DNA of 64,000 nucleotides. It comes from a virus. Both the position numbers and the translations under genes were made by a program. The notes beneath the pieces were generated by a model. That model had not been told where the DNA came from. It ran no database searches and saw nothing but the letters and a program-made list of their open reading frames with translations. Positions 37,501 to 46,700 of the stretch are shown piece after piece (the first letter of the stretch is position 1; each line of letters opens with the position of its first letter). The stretch covers positions 15,775-79,774 of the IMG/VR virus record IMGVR_UViG_3300025815_000010. One strand, given 5' to 3'.

Positions 37501-39927
37501 AAGCTCAAGAATTATATCTGACTCCCCCGAAGTACCAGAAGATCCCGATACCTTCTCTGCGGATTCTTTTTTATCGAGGTAAGTCCTTATGGCAAGGTTC
37601 CACTTCGTATCATCATAAATATTTTCATACACACTACTTGTGACGAATATTGATTGTGAAGGGTTCTCCATAACAAAATAAGCGTCGTTAGAGCCGGGAT
37701 ACGTTCTGACCGCATACACCTGCAAGCTTCTGTCTGCTGCTGCAGAATAGCCAGAGTAATCCTGCAGGTCTTTAGAAGTGTTAACGCGGTGATAACCAAA
37801 AATAGAAGAACTTAAGAAATTTGTTGAGAAATAGTTTGCATCACTAGGGCTAAACTTCTTTGGGAAGATAACTTCAATCTCGGCAGTTGAGGGATTTGAA
37901 GAGCACGAAATATACGTCACATCTAAAGTGTTTGCGTTTGCACTTGAAGTTTGATGAGTAACCGTAGCCTCAAAGCGATCTGGATGATTGAAGTCAGCAA
38001 ATCTTCTTTTTGTGATAGAGCTTCTAAAGTTGTCCCGCAGCTTATGTGTGACATTGTTGCCATAAAGGTTAATCTTGATCAATTCATCGTCAACACCATA
38101 ACAACGAATGATGTTTCTGAATGACTTTTCTGTCCCCTTCGACTTGTAAATGTAAACTAGGTTGTTGTATATGTTCTGATATATTAAGTTTTTTACTTCT
38201 GTGATGTCTTTCTCATAGAGTTCAGTTTCACTCTGATCCTTGAACTGCTCTAAGACAGTAGCATCAACAAAGATCTCTGGTGCAAAAAGGCCATTTGATT
38301 CCAGTAGACGCCCAGAGAATGGATAGGGCCTGTGACTAGAGCTTGCATAACTAATATTCTTTAACTTTGGCACCTCAGAAATTTGTGAGTGTAGGGTGTC
38401 AAAGTAGCTACCGATGATCTGCGTTAAGTTTAATAACTCGCCACCTTCCTCTTCTTCCTGCTCAATTATCCAAGATGGCATAGTGTAATATATCGATGAA
38501 TTATTTTGGTAATCATACGCAGAGCCACTAAGAGATAGAGCACTTCTCTTCGAAGTCACGTCTGGGTGGTTTGAATGAATGATGGGGTCTTCAACTTCCC
38601 TATCAGCAGCACTGGCTGATACTATAGCAGATCCTGTGTTTCTGGCATTGCTGCTCGGATACCCAACCCAAGTTCCATTCGTTATACGACCAGAGTAGTC
38701 AAGTACGGTCGAATCGGTGGTGGTATTGGTGGTGATGCCTTCATTAAATTTGAAATAAACGCCCAGTTCTGTATTAGAGATGTCGGTATTTGTCCCACCA
38801 TCAACATGTCTAAAATAATTCTTGCTAATCTCCTCATGAGTTCTCTCAACTTTCCAATATCGGAATTCATCTAGGGATGCAGAAAGCTTTCCAGCACCAG
38901 CCAGGTCCGTACCATGGAAAGCATTTCCAGACGGTGCTGTAGTTAATCCGCCAATCCTAGCTCGTAAAGCACCAGTAATTGGTTGTAAGTTGAGAGAGTT
39001 AATTGAAGTATTAACCCTTTGTCCATCAATGTAGGCGTTAAGAGTTACAGAGTCGCTACCACTTACAAAAGTAATTCCATAATGATGCCAGTTTCCATCA
39101 GCGACACTACCAGTTGTATAGTCTCCATTTAACACATTAATATTCTGGAAACCTGTGGTGCCAGACATTATATTAATTCTTAATGGTCCTTCTCCACCCG
39201 TCGCTCCAGATAGGTGTACCGTAATTCTACCATAGGAATCACTACTCGACAACTCACCATTCCAAAGATCAAAAATTGTTTCTCGCTCTGTGAGACTGGT
39301 GATGAACTCATCTTTTTTCATCCAAAATTCAATCGAAAATCCCTTAGACGTATCAAGTTCTAAGTTGGATCCTCTGCTGCCTTGCTTTCCAAGCGGCAAG
39401 ACACCTTGTGTGTCATAGATGTCAGTGTCATAAATGTTTGAAGCGGAAAACTCAGAATGGATTGTTTTATTTTCCATCCCATTAGAGGCTGTGTGTGGTC
39501 CACCATAAAATTCAATATATTCTAAATCTGCAGAAATACCCCAGCCATCTGTCTTACTTACTGTAGTCCCCCAACCGTCAGCAGAAAAGATAGCGTATCC
39601 AGTGCTTTTTGGATACTCTTGGTCGTAAATGTATAAGTCTAGATATGATGAGCTATTAAAGAACTCCTGCTTCTCTGCGCTTGATCCGTCGTAAGGGAAT
39701 TCATCTCTAATTCTATCAAATGCGCTCTCATAGTATTTCTTGGCTGACCCATATACGACAAAGTTAGAGGCAGATGAAAAATCAACATTTGGAATAAACC
39801 GATCTTTATCGACACTTTGCGCCTGTATATTTCTGTAAGACTCCGCATCTAAACCAAGAGTAGCAGGATCTACGGATGAGAGTGTCTTATAAGATTTTCC
39901 TTTGTCGAAAAGATTCTTTGTGCTCAT
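31507..39927 (-). CDS. Giant (2806 aa) virion protein with LamG/concanavalin-like domains
   Basis: FSIEFWMKK...GNWHHYGITF...AYIDG...LDEFRYW...YFKFNEG is a LamG pattern. IYKSKGTEKS is a baseplate-wedge-like motif. Confidence 0.75.
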   Translation of the reverse strand: MSTKNLFDKGKSYKTLSSVDPATLGLDAESYRNIQAQSVDKDRFIPNVDFSSASNFVVYGSAKKYYESAFDRIRDEFPYDGSSAEKQEFFNSSSYLDLYIYDQEYPKSTGYAIFSADGWGTTVSKTDGWGISADLEYIEFYGGPHTASNGMENKTIHSEFSASNIYDTDIYDTQGVLPLGKQGSRGSNLELDTSKGFSIEFWMKKDEFITSLTERETIFDLWNGELSSSDSYGRITVHLSGATGGEGPLRINIMSGTTGFQNINVLNGDYTTGSVADGNWHHYGITFVSGSDSVTLNAYIDGQRVNTSINSLNLQPITGALRARIGGLTTAPSGNAFHGTDLAGAGKLSASLDEFRYWKVERTHEEISKNYFRHVDGGTNTDISNTELGVYFKFNEGITTNTTTDSTVLDYSGRITNGTWVGYPSSNARNTGSAIVSASAADREVEDPIIHSNHPDVTSKRSALSLSGSAYDYQNNSSIYYTMPSWIIEQEEEEGGELLNLTQIIGSYFDTLHSQISEVPKLKNISYASSSHRPYPFSGRLLESNGLFAPEIFVDATVLEQFKDQSETELYEKDITEVKNLIYQNIYNNLVYIYKSKGTEKSFRNIIRCYGVDDELIKINLYGNNVTHKLRDNFRSSITKRRFADFNHPDRFEATVTHQTSSANANTLDVTYISCSSNPSTAEIEVIFPKKFSPSDANYFSTNFLSSSIFGYHRVNTSKDLQDYSGYSAAADRSLQVYAVRTYPGSNDAYFVMENPSQSIFVTSSVYENIYDDTKWNLAIRTYLDKKESAEKVSGSSGTSGESDIILELYGVNVELGVVKNEFSITGSAAQSSTNNGYISNPRRYYFGAHRTNFTGSLINESDLKITSLRHWNTFLDNNEIISHAKNTNAHGVLRPYESAFVYDTDLEGSIIPRIETLALHWNLEDVSQSDSNGEFLVNDFSSGSIEKRDRYPGDFGQSVANQYTGRGFFFPASATGSIAVEYVQTAVQNPPEVITSYDMTNVLEFDDETFTRDSRTINHFFAIEKSMYQTISEEMLNMFSTIIGFNNLIGEPVNRYRQEYKDLRKLRSLFFENVENTPDLDKYVDFYRWIDSSLSIILRQFIPASANTSEDVRTMIESHVLERPKYHAKFPTIDLKARTPMTALEVSGKARGIFELVPEDIENWRHAHAPVSNLESENTVYWKYAEATHPVLSSSDDGVNQTRAAIIQSKVSDRARRRGTPVKISFEADSEDKISRFGTGRKIIHGGTNLPQTTRPGAFIDKYTENYGTVVTTATRESDSIKDIDDVIHPMHKKYFTYSAGNVFDGIKAQNYLPFRYLSGNLDTGYNTTFTDFQAVNIHSFESYHLGGEIPMQTPFTEKFVGGFSSRHQNISDGTDDASTRAESFYVNQSATALRFRGLDEAGQWPRATRPYSVFTRNVKVKRPVNIENLQITTGSETLGNYTNIREVVQVAGRASGDSQFVRNEGVAVSNITSSVITGIVDTEVQFLSSSAHMMTTRFSSPGGPDVAHGALDSATTQFSVYNALPYRNLLVRNPFRVLLSASSAQFGFKDGVSATEDDYSGVANYFKINRNTLNRIEYSNEFVGDLGTVATGSVRDNAFVTRPIPQSDLQYTWLTASYVSTEPGGTRASGRKMLGYAPANFEVSTSAGYVNAITFLSQSDIVSTTGIVVDTVGLNTVISEPISSSEQTLGYPLGTGMVSYLTNNFGSVSNIGNALNVILSHRGDNFGFNTWNQIRVGEHPVARNLRDTHIISTLSADKQTYSPGGRVLPAQRYGSYKQFRESPIISRYKPIVQMVGDYDIISTYGNNLSFFSSYELNERQHLSRNSSEAYNNTKRLYGEYGFAGLMYEETVYPSERNVYDNRIRQREGYEINFWHSDRDTRNDNKANKVSLGGRSLYSIWALDAKPTFTTYDVAGIKAENDATDPAGELQNFGTYTHHGTKTAITASALYSHKHYSATTSSVVAPSGIVISQTGSAAGTGGDIFGYIDIGNGNALWQTGELAGAIKNGSFVTGSSDRSNPAYNTYSDYANEIRYHGKDYSVVPEFRISDHMEYYVSTMAGDFLAENTASFDIFGATASSDFPTDSSYEQFYNVYSNSDFLRHFDIIDSDHRDVTTDREITLSCKALMKFLPYNGFYPAERTLQMATQFSSSYAQFVKVEGADSTYEQAKIRPFLEPVFAPGIVYNSVKSGIGVPYPVMTSSFEVQTLGDSYYAISGSGEALLRYIDFEAAVEPEKYLAGFQILDAAPHPSASMNLTASWNGQGDPLYRMMASNFFGECPEFFLPNGNMTTITSLPESDPGFGNAVSGTTYAMRVKMYRSMNTSRTFGSLGYEVPQDNPLQSDLRETFTMYSRPSAFYHPITGRNALAQTDHDGTLSQRMLDSHSGYNWAATPPYYHGQAWLDFAFTATETKKYRLEEILGAISAELSIRFDDNFTIGNNAGFYNPNLVAGKRPLRQNILNLDDVLITDGRARIKSVEYDPVTGQPTKISDDPTANHVAMVIQPKWETPMFNFADSPVDLESNLTMPTYGSESVPRGMWHQFGLPPDTPEKGIFLQATDIPSEWLAQHPNATTYYDGADTESLVDLLGISQDPRRLGEVAQAKEIKEAVVAIPFVQRGSSKAFFEIPDTIAQAMRAGKLPEDNSIADMYSKMQNYVFPPKFDFATNPSVRPIAMYIFEFSHTFDSDDLTHIWQNLPPKSIERVEEQQASISHKVLEDQLLNSSEVPDQLQWMVFKVKQKAVKNYFSKVASKSGDNLDDKRFKFEFEIAGKKRETEYSYNWPYDFFSMVELVKIDAKIDLIGSEQE

Positions 39928-41489
39928 TCTTCAACCCTAAACTTAAATACTTCCGGCTGCTCAACCCAATCATTATTTGAGTTGTTGAAATAGGTGAATC
40001 TAATCCCATACATATATCCAGCTTCTAGCATAGACATATCTAAATCAAAATAGTTACCAGAAAGGTCATAGCTCATTGCAGTGTGCAAATCGCTTCCTGT
40101 TCCATAAGGAATTACATCTAATTCATCGACTACGCGATACACCTTATAAGACCCACTTTCAATTGGGTAGCTTTCTATCTCTGCAGAAGCCACGTTATAA
40201 ATAGTAGGAGACCAATTCTTTTGTCTCGTATATACTCTAAACCTGGCTGTTTCTTTTCTGGAGTATTCTTGTTTAAGGTTTGTAATATTTGTCACATATT
40301 CATCAGAGGGAGCAATAGCATATGAATCAAGAGTTTCTGGCTTTATGGTCCCTGTGTGGAATTGCACGGTAGCCGTCGTGGCATCTGCAATAGAATCACC
40401 GCCTTGGAACCACACATCGTACACGGTCTCTAAGGGGGTTGCAGCAGCAGTTAGGGCCACGCTGGCGGTGTAGATACCTGTAGAGTAGTAAGAGCCCGTC
40501 ACGACCTTGTTACGGGCTGCGTCAGTAACGTGAACTCCATCGACCACAAGCTCAAGAGCACCACCAGATGGCGCAGAATCGTCTGACGAACCAGAGAAGA
40601 AGCTGACATAGATGTTGCCCGTACCAACGCCAGGGATGTTTCTCAGTTGACCTCTAAAGTAGTTGTAGAGGTAAATCTTATTTAGATTTTCTTCGGCTGT
40701 TGCAAGTGAGCTTGAGTAAATAAAATTACCTCGATTATCTAAATCTCTAGAATCCCAGCGTGCTTCAAGGACAGGACGCTTGAAAAAGAATTCTGAGCTT
40801 CTTGCAAAGAACTTTTTTGTATAAAACGATCTTGGTTCAGATTCATGGCTAGAAGAAAGCATAACCCCAAGACCATAATTATTTTTTCTTCCAAGCGCAC
40901 CGTTTCCAGTGTCATCCAGCCACTGCTCAATCAAAGTTGTCACATCAACTTCTAAGTCTTCAGTTCCATTGTCAAAAACCTGGGTAAAAGATGAAGAAAG
41001 GTCTGTGTCTGGGTTAACATAATCACCACCCTGGGTTGTCCAAGCTGTTGCTGCTTTTCGATTAACCCAGTTAGAACCTGTTCCACCGACTGTTGAATCG
41101 GTGTACCCTTCCATGTCTAGGCCAAACCCCTCTTCCCATTCACGAGTGCCCGTAGAGCCTGTGACTGCCTTTACTTCCATGGTATAATTTTTGGGTAAAG
41201 TCTGGCCATGTTTTGCATTATACATCTTGAGGTAAAAGCTAACACTTCCACTTGCAGGCACGTCACCAGCCGCTCTATCTGCAGCTATATCCGTCGTATC
41301 AAACTCAATCAAAACTCTAGAAAGCTCGGAGCTAAGGCCAGAAGAAGAAGACGCTTGGCCATAAATTGAAAATATTTCTAGTATGTCTGCCTGACCCATG
41401 TTAGAGCCAGTGCCCCTAGTTGTTAAGTTGGACTTAAAGGCATTTGTAATTGTATTGTCTTTTGATGCAAAGTATCTCTTGATTGCCAT
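39924..41489 (-). CDS. Virion structural protein with DNRLRE-like domain
   Basis: SRVLIEFD...WEEG...WTTQGGD...LEVDVTTLIEQW...NYGL...PVLEARW. Confidence 0.65.
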   Translation of the reverse strand: MAIKRYFASKDNTITNAFKSNLTTRGTGSNMGQADILEIFSIYGQASSSSGLSSELSRVLIEFDTTDIAADRAAGDVPASGSVSFYLKMYNAKHGQTLPKNYTMEVKAVTGSTGTREWEEGFGLDMEGYTDSTVGGTGSNWVNRKAATAWTTQGGDYVNPDTDLSSSFTQVFDNGTEDLEVDVTTLIEQWLDDTGNGALGRKNNYGLGVMLSSSHESEPRSFYTKKFFARSSEFFFKRPVLEARWDSRDLDNRGNFIYSSSLATAEENLNKIYLYNYFRGQLRNIPGVGTGNIYVSFFSGSSDDSAPSGGALELVVDGVHVTDAARNKVVTGSYYSTGIYTASVALTAAATPLETVYDVWFQGGDSIADATTATVQFHTGTIKPETLDSYAIAPSDEYVTNITNLKQEYSRKETARFRVYTRQKNWSPTIYNVASAEIESYPIESGSYKVYRVVDELDVIPYGTGSDLHTAMSYDLSGNYFDLDMSMLEAGYMYGIRFTYFNNSNNDWVEQPEVFKFRVEE

Positions 41490-43282
41490 TATGAAATTGC
41501 TCCCTTAATGTCTGTATCTGGGAATTTTATCTCTATAATTACATTCTGTGGAACTGAAACGTATCTACCATCTGCAGAAATAGCTTCATCGATATTAAAT
41601 CTAACTGAAGAATAATTTGTTCCAAGCTTCCTAACTATGTTTACTCGTTTTGCATCAACAACACCCTTTACTTTGTTGAGTGCGCTGTATATGTTAGTTA
41701 GATACAATGGCTCCCCAATATAAGGAGTAACAGCAAACAAACTCTTAAGAGCCGTATTACAATCTGCAAGAACCTGGAATTTGTTTGATTCTTCATCTAC
41801 GATTACTTCAAAATCAATGCCAATATTTACAATCTTAGCATCCAGAATATCAATTGTATCGCTGATCATTTTATTTCTGTTTAGCCATACCTTTACGTTC
41901 TCTTTAATGGTCGTGTTGGTCTGCGTGAGTTTCCCTCTGGAGTCCTCAGAAATTAAATATAAATTTAGGTTTCTACGTAATGAATCAGGATCCCTAATCA
42001 CTCTGCATCTCTTTACCGATCCAAACCTTTCTGGCATAGAGTAAACTAGAGCTTCGTAGTCTAGCTGCGTGACCGCACGGTTCTGTGTCGCAAAGTGGTC
42101 AATTGTTCTTCTTCGTATCTCTTCAGAGGTCGGCAAGCGTGTGTCACCAGTAATAGCCTCGTCATTGTAAGCTTCAAAAGAAGAAATAATATCAGCAACC
42201 TTAGAATCAGATAACGACGCTCGATCAGAAAATTGAACAATTGGATTAACAACCTTGGTGACAGAACCAGCAGCTGCATTAACATTTGCAGCTGTGTTTG
42301 TTCTATAAGTAATTGTTAAAGTTGTATTTGCTGGTGCAATGCCGAACTTATCAGTATTAAGTAATTTATAAGGGTCAAAAGACTTATCTGTTACGTAATC
42401 TCTTCCGTTAAGCTGCAGAACCACATTCTTAGGCTCAGCCACAGAAGGCGCTCTGATCTCTGCTGGGCCTCCGTACCCAAACTGCAAAAATACAGAGTTT
42501 TGCTCTCGCTCAATAACAAATCTTCGTGGGACGATATAAGGTCTCAAAAGAGAAGGCACAGTGCTCTTGTTGTCTCCCTTGTTCACAACTTCTTTATAAA
42601 CTGTATTTTGTGATAAGTGCTCGACTTCCAGATATTCATTCCCCTCAGAATCGACAACTGATACAATTTCAGATACATTATTGGAGTCAAGTTTTATTCT
42701 TCTAAACCTCTCAAATGATCCCACGTTTACAGATTCTACATTAAAAACACCTGACACGATCCTACCGTAAGATCTGACCGCATAGTAGGTTGGAAGCCCA
42801 GTCGCACTATCTGTCCTGGCTGCCACAATCTCATTTGAAGGGTCATCGAAACGAACTTCTTCATCCAGCATGAATGTGTTTCCAGAAGTGGAGGAAAGCT
42901 GCGTTCCCTTGCTGAGCAGTGGTAGGTAAGCCGAATCTGGCCCCAAACCACTAGTGGAGGCTGGTACAATGACGTAAATTGCAACCGAACCATAAGAAGA
43001 TGGATTAGCTTGGTATTTGTAACCCATCTGCCTAGACAGCCTAATCACGTTGTTATATTCGATTGCAGAATCTAGGTAAGACTCATTAACTTGATAGTCC
43101 AAGTAGAAAGACAGTATATCGCCTATATAGGCTACTGTGTCTAACATTAAGGCACCGAAAGAAGCCTCGTTAAAATCTTTAAACGTATCTGGATAATACC
43201 TCTTGGCATGCTCTATCAGATCGTTCTTTATGCTATCAAATTCTCTACTTGTATACTTAATTGGAGTCTTACGTGCTGGCAT
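41489..43282 (-). CDS. gp6: Baseplate wedge protein (T4 gp6-like)
   Basis: REFDSIKNDL...DFNEASFG...AYIGDILSFYLD, LQFGYG, QNRAVTQLDYE. Confidence 0.9.
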   Translation of the reverse strand: MPARKTPIKYTSREFDSIKNDLIEHAKRYYPDTFKDFNEASFGALMLDTVAYIGDILSFYLDYQVNESYLDSAIEYNNVIRLSRQMGYKYQANPSSYGSVAIYVIVPASTSGLGPDSAYLPLLSKGTQLSSTSGNTFMLDEEVRFDDPSNEIVAARTDSATGLPTYYAVRSYGRIVSGVFNVESVNVGSFERFRRIKLDSNNVSEIVSVVDSEGNEYLEVEHLSQNTVYKEVVNKGDNKSTVPSLLRPYIVPRRFVIEREQNSVFLQFGYGGPAEIRAPSVAEPKNVVLQLNGRDYVTDKSFDPYKLLNTDKFGIAPANTTLTITYRTNTAANVNAAAGSVTKVVNPIVQFSDRASLSDSKVADIISSFEAYNDEAITGDTRLPTSEEIRRRTIDHFATQNRAVTQLDYEALVYSMPERFGSVKRCRVIRDPDSLRRNLNLYLISEDSRGKLTQTNTTIKENVKVWLNRNKMISDTIDILDAKIVNIGIDFEVIVDEESNKFQVLADCNTALKSLFAVTPYIGEPLYLTNIYSALNKVKGVVDAKRVNIVRKLGTNYSSVRFNIDEAISADGRYVSVPQNVIIEIKFPDTDIKGAIS

Positions 43283-43303
43283 TAAACTACTCCTGATCTC
43301 TAT

Positions 43304-43311
43304 TAAATAGT
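43304..43311 (-). promoter_or_regulatory. Putative late promoter ACTATTTA
   Basis: Intergenic, 22 nt upstream of ATG 43282, followed by AGGAG SD. Confidence 0.6.
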
Positions 43312-43319
43312 ATTGTTAT

Positions 43320-43703
43320 TTAATTTAATGGGATTTCTAGAGAATCGGCAACTGCTAATTTCTTTATGAGGTAAGAGATCCTTACACTAAGAAAGTTTTC
43401 AGATATATTTGTATTAGTTTCGGTATTTCCAAAGCTAATTGCATCTATCTGGACATACGGCAAATACTTTTGTGTCTGCTCTCGGATTCTAGCTTCTATC
43501 TGTCCGTATGTGGCTGGCCCATTATTCTCAAACAAATAGGAACGAATACCAACTCCAAACTCTGGATCCATCATTCTTTCGCCTGGACTCGTTAAAATTA
43601 GATGCTTAAAGTTTTGTTTTGCTACTTCCTTCAAGCTTTTCGTCAAAGCGTAGCCATCATCTGGATCTAGGCTTAATGGTAGTTTCGGGGAAAACCCTGA
43701 CAT
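43320..43703 (-). CDS. gp25: Baseplate protein (T4 gp25-like)
   Basis: KQNFKHLILTSPGERMMDPEFGVGIRSYLFE...YLPYV. Confidence 0.92.
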   Translation of the reverse strand: MSGFSPKLPLSLDPDDGYALTKSLKEVAKQNFKHLILTSPGERMMDPEFGVGIRSYLFENNGPATYGQIEARIREQTQKYLPYVQIDAISFGNTETNTNISENFLSVRISYLIKKLAVADSLEIPLN

Positions 43704-43705
43704 TG

Positions 43706-46700
43706 CTAGTCATCTCCATTTTTACAAGGGGCAGGTCTTAATGAACTCCACTGCCACCATTTGATTCCTGGGTTTAGGTCAGAATTAGAACCTAAATTGT
43801 CAACGTAAACCTCAGATGGACTCATGTAGTCTTTATCCCTGTAGTCATAACTAGTATAGCAAGCAGCTTCTAATGTCTGTCTAGCTACTAATTTTGTATT
43901 TTTGAAGGAGTTCTTCATTCCTTCGTTACCACGCCAAGTGTGCATCCCTCCATTTTTTCCTGCACCAATCCAGCGACCGCCACCTCTTTTCTTGTTGTTC
44001 GCCGTCGCAGCCCAACCATCTTCAACTCTTGCAAGGGAAGGTACAAATGTGTTGACACAGTAAAGAGCTAGCAGATCCATGTACTTAGGTATCGGATAAC
44101 AGTGCTCAAATAGAGTCTTATAAGCTGGCGTCTCTATCAGTAGGCATACTAGTCGCTGAAGATAGTCGTTGTAAAGCCCAGCCTCATATGCATCAGTTGT
44201 TAGCTGTATCTCAGCAGACGCTATTGGGATTGCGTTTTTGTATAGCGAATTGAAAGCTTTATGTGTGTATCCCGTTTCCTCTGAGACTCCAGCCAATGCG
44301 CTACCCATACTATCAGTAAGATTAGAAATTCTAGCTGCGCTTGGAATAAAGCTGATCCTTAATCCAAAATAAACTTCATCCTCCGCTAGTACCTCTCCAG
44401 TGTGGGCGATTTGAGCATCAAAAATATTTGATACGAAACCAAACAGCTTAAAAGTATTTGCTGTGTCCGTAGAACCCTTGGAAATAAGATACCTTTCAAG
44501 TACAAAGGGAGTATTGGAATTTGATATTAATATATCTGGACTGTCATATGGGTGTGTTGCACTAACTCCAGCAATAGAAGACTCAAAATAGGCAGCATTT
44601 GGTACATCATATGGTCCTGCTTCTGTCGTGCCTATAGCGCCTCGGATAATTGTGGGACTCTTCAAGATAATATCATTAACATCCTTGAAATTTGGACTCA
44701 CACCCTCTGAGAAAATTTCTGTTGTCCTTGCGTATTCGTTACGGATATAGCGCCTAAGTATCGTCTTACAACGTGATATAATCGGAGATTCGACTGTTTC
44801 TGGTAAACCAGTAACTGCGTTTACTCCCACGGTACTTTGGAATATAGTGTCCCAATTCTGCTTCCTACGCTTAGCGAGTCTCCTCGCAGAGTTCAAGCCT
44901 GTAATCAACCCAGGGGGAACATATACCCAGTTATCCTCAACGAATTGGTTGATAAAGTCTAGAGCTTCTTGCTCCTCTGGTGTAATATCTGTTATAAGTC
45001 CTAGATTGACTTTAATTCCAAAGTTCTGGACAACTTGCTCCAAGAATAACCACCAATAATCTTCATATTTTTCAACAAAGCGTTTGCCACGACCTGCGTC
45101 TTTCATGCCCTGTTCCATCTTGTCTATTACGAATTCAGATAGCATCTCGCCATAGTTAAATTCTGACAGGGCTAGGTATTGCAAAACAGGGAGACCCTTC
45201 ATTAGAACTTCAACAACATAGGTCCTTATTGTAGCATATATCGTGCCTTCGATTATGCCAAGAGAAGCTTTTGATAAGTGTCTATCGAAAGGTAACTCTC
45301 TCTCTGCACTTACACCCTTGACTTTGAGACCGGCTCTTTCGTCCATTGGGACTTTGGCGCTAAACTCAGAGCACACAGATTTCAATGATGAAAAGTCTGG
45401 GAATGTAACGACATCGCTACTATCTTCACATGGATTAAACTCAGGAATGATTTTTTGTGCTATTCTCAAATAACCTTTATTGTCGGGCTGCTTGAGGTAA
45501 AATGGCGGATTACCTTCAGAACCACCGTATCTCTCTACAGCTGCACCGATATCTCCATCAAATTCTTCTTCATGGAAATATTTTATAATTGGTGGTTTAG
45601 TCGCATCAAATCCATAAACAAACGGTGAGTTGTCACTTCCTTCCGCAGCAACTAGCTCTGCTAGGGCTTCTAGAATCCTCTGGCTTATTTTCTCAAACCC
45701 AATGACCATAGAGTCTTCAGCAGAATCATACTCTACATCAAACTGAAGTGATCCAGCAGCATCGCCTCTGGGAGTATCTGGCTGCCCTAGATATTCATAT
45801 ACACTGTGTTCTACAAGTGCTTGGAAAGTTGAGTCTGGGCTAGATGAGCCACCAATGTAGTAATCACTTAATATATTACTCTTAAAGCCTGCGATAACAT
45901 CGTCAACGGAAGACTTAATGTCAAAGTAACTTATCACTTCTTCATATGGGTCTCCGCCTTCATCTTTCCAGTTTTCATTCTTCATGTTTATTCTTAGCCT
46001 ATGTCCATCCCATGAGTGCTGTTGTCCGTCAGGTGGGGTGGTCCAATAATCGAAACTAAAAGTAAATTGCATGGTATCTGGATTATCATAATCAAACCAG
46101 AATAAGTTAGTGGTGTATCCACTCCCTACATTGAAGGGGGTGCTTAAGTTAATTAAACTATCTTGCAAATGTCCTGCGACCTTGTCTGGTAAGCCGCCTA
46201 GTGCTGGGGCCTTACCAGAAATTTCGTCTCCATTAGAATTGTTACCTGTATTTTCTTCTGTTTCGCCGTCGCCTGTTGAAGATAAAGGGTTAAATAAGAA
46301 TGGCAGCTTAAATATCTTTGTACCTTCTGTGAATTCTCTTGGCCCTGTTACCCAATTATTGTGGTCCTTAGGAGTATTTGCCCCATCTCCCCACTCGTCT
46401 CTCGGGGGATAAGCTCTGGTGCCACGAGAGCCATATATGTTTAGAACGGATGGCCCCAGGACAGAACTCTGGAACCCAAGGTGTTGTCTATAACCTCTGC
46501 CCCTAGAATCAGCCAGAACCATGTTTAAGAATCCTCTTTTACCAATAATATCCTCAGTAAAAGATAGAGACATTGCATCAAAAATACTGTTATAGATGTT
46601 ATCTAAAGCAATTGTCTCCATTGGCATTTCGGAAGGCAAAAGACCTGGCTTGTCGCTAGTTGGGTCTTTCATAATGTCTGGTATAACACTATTGAAAATA

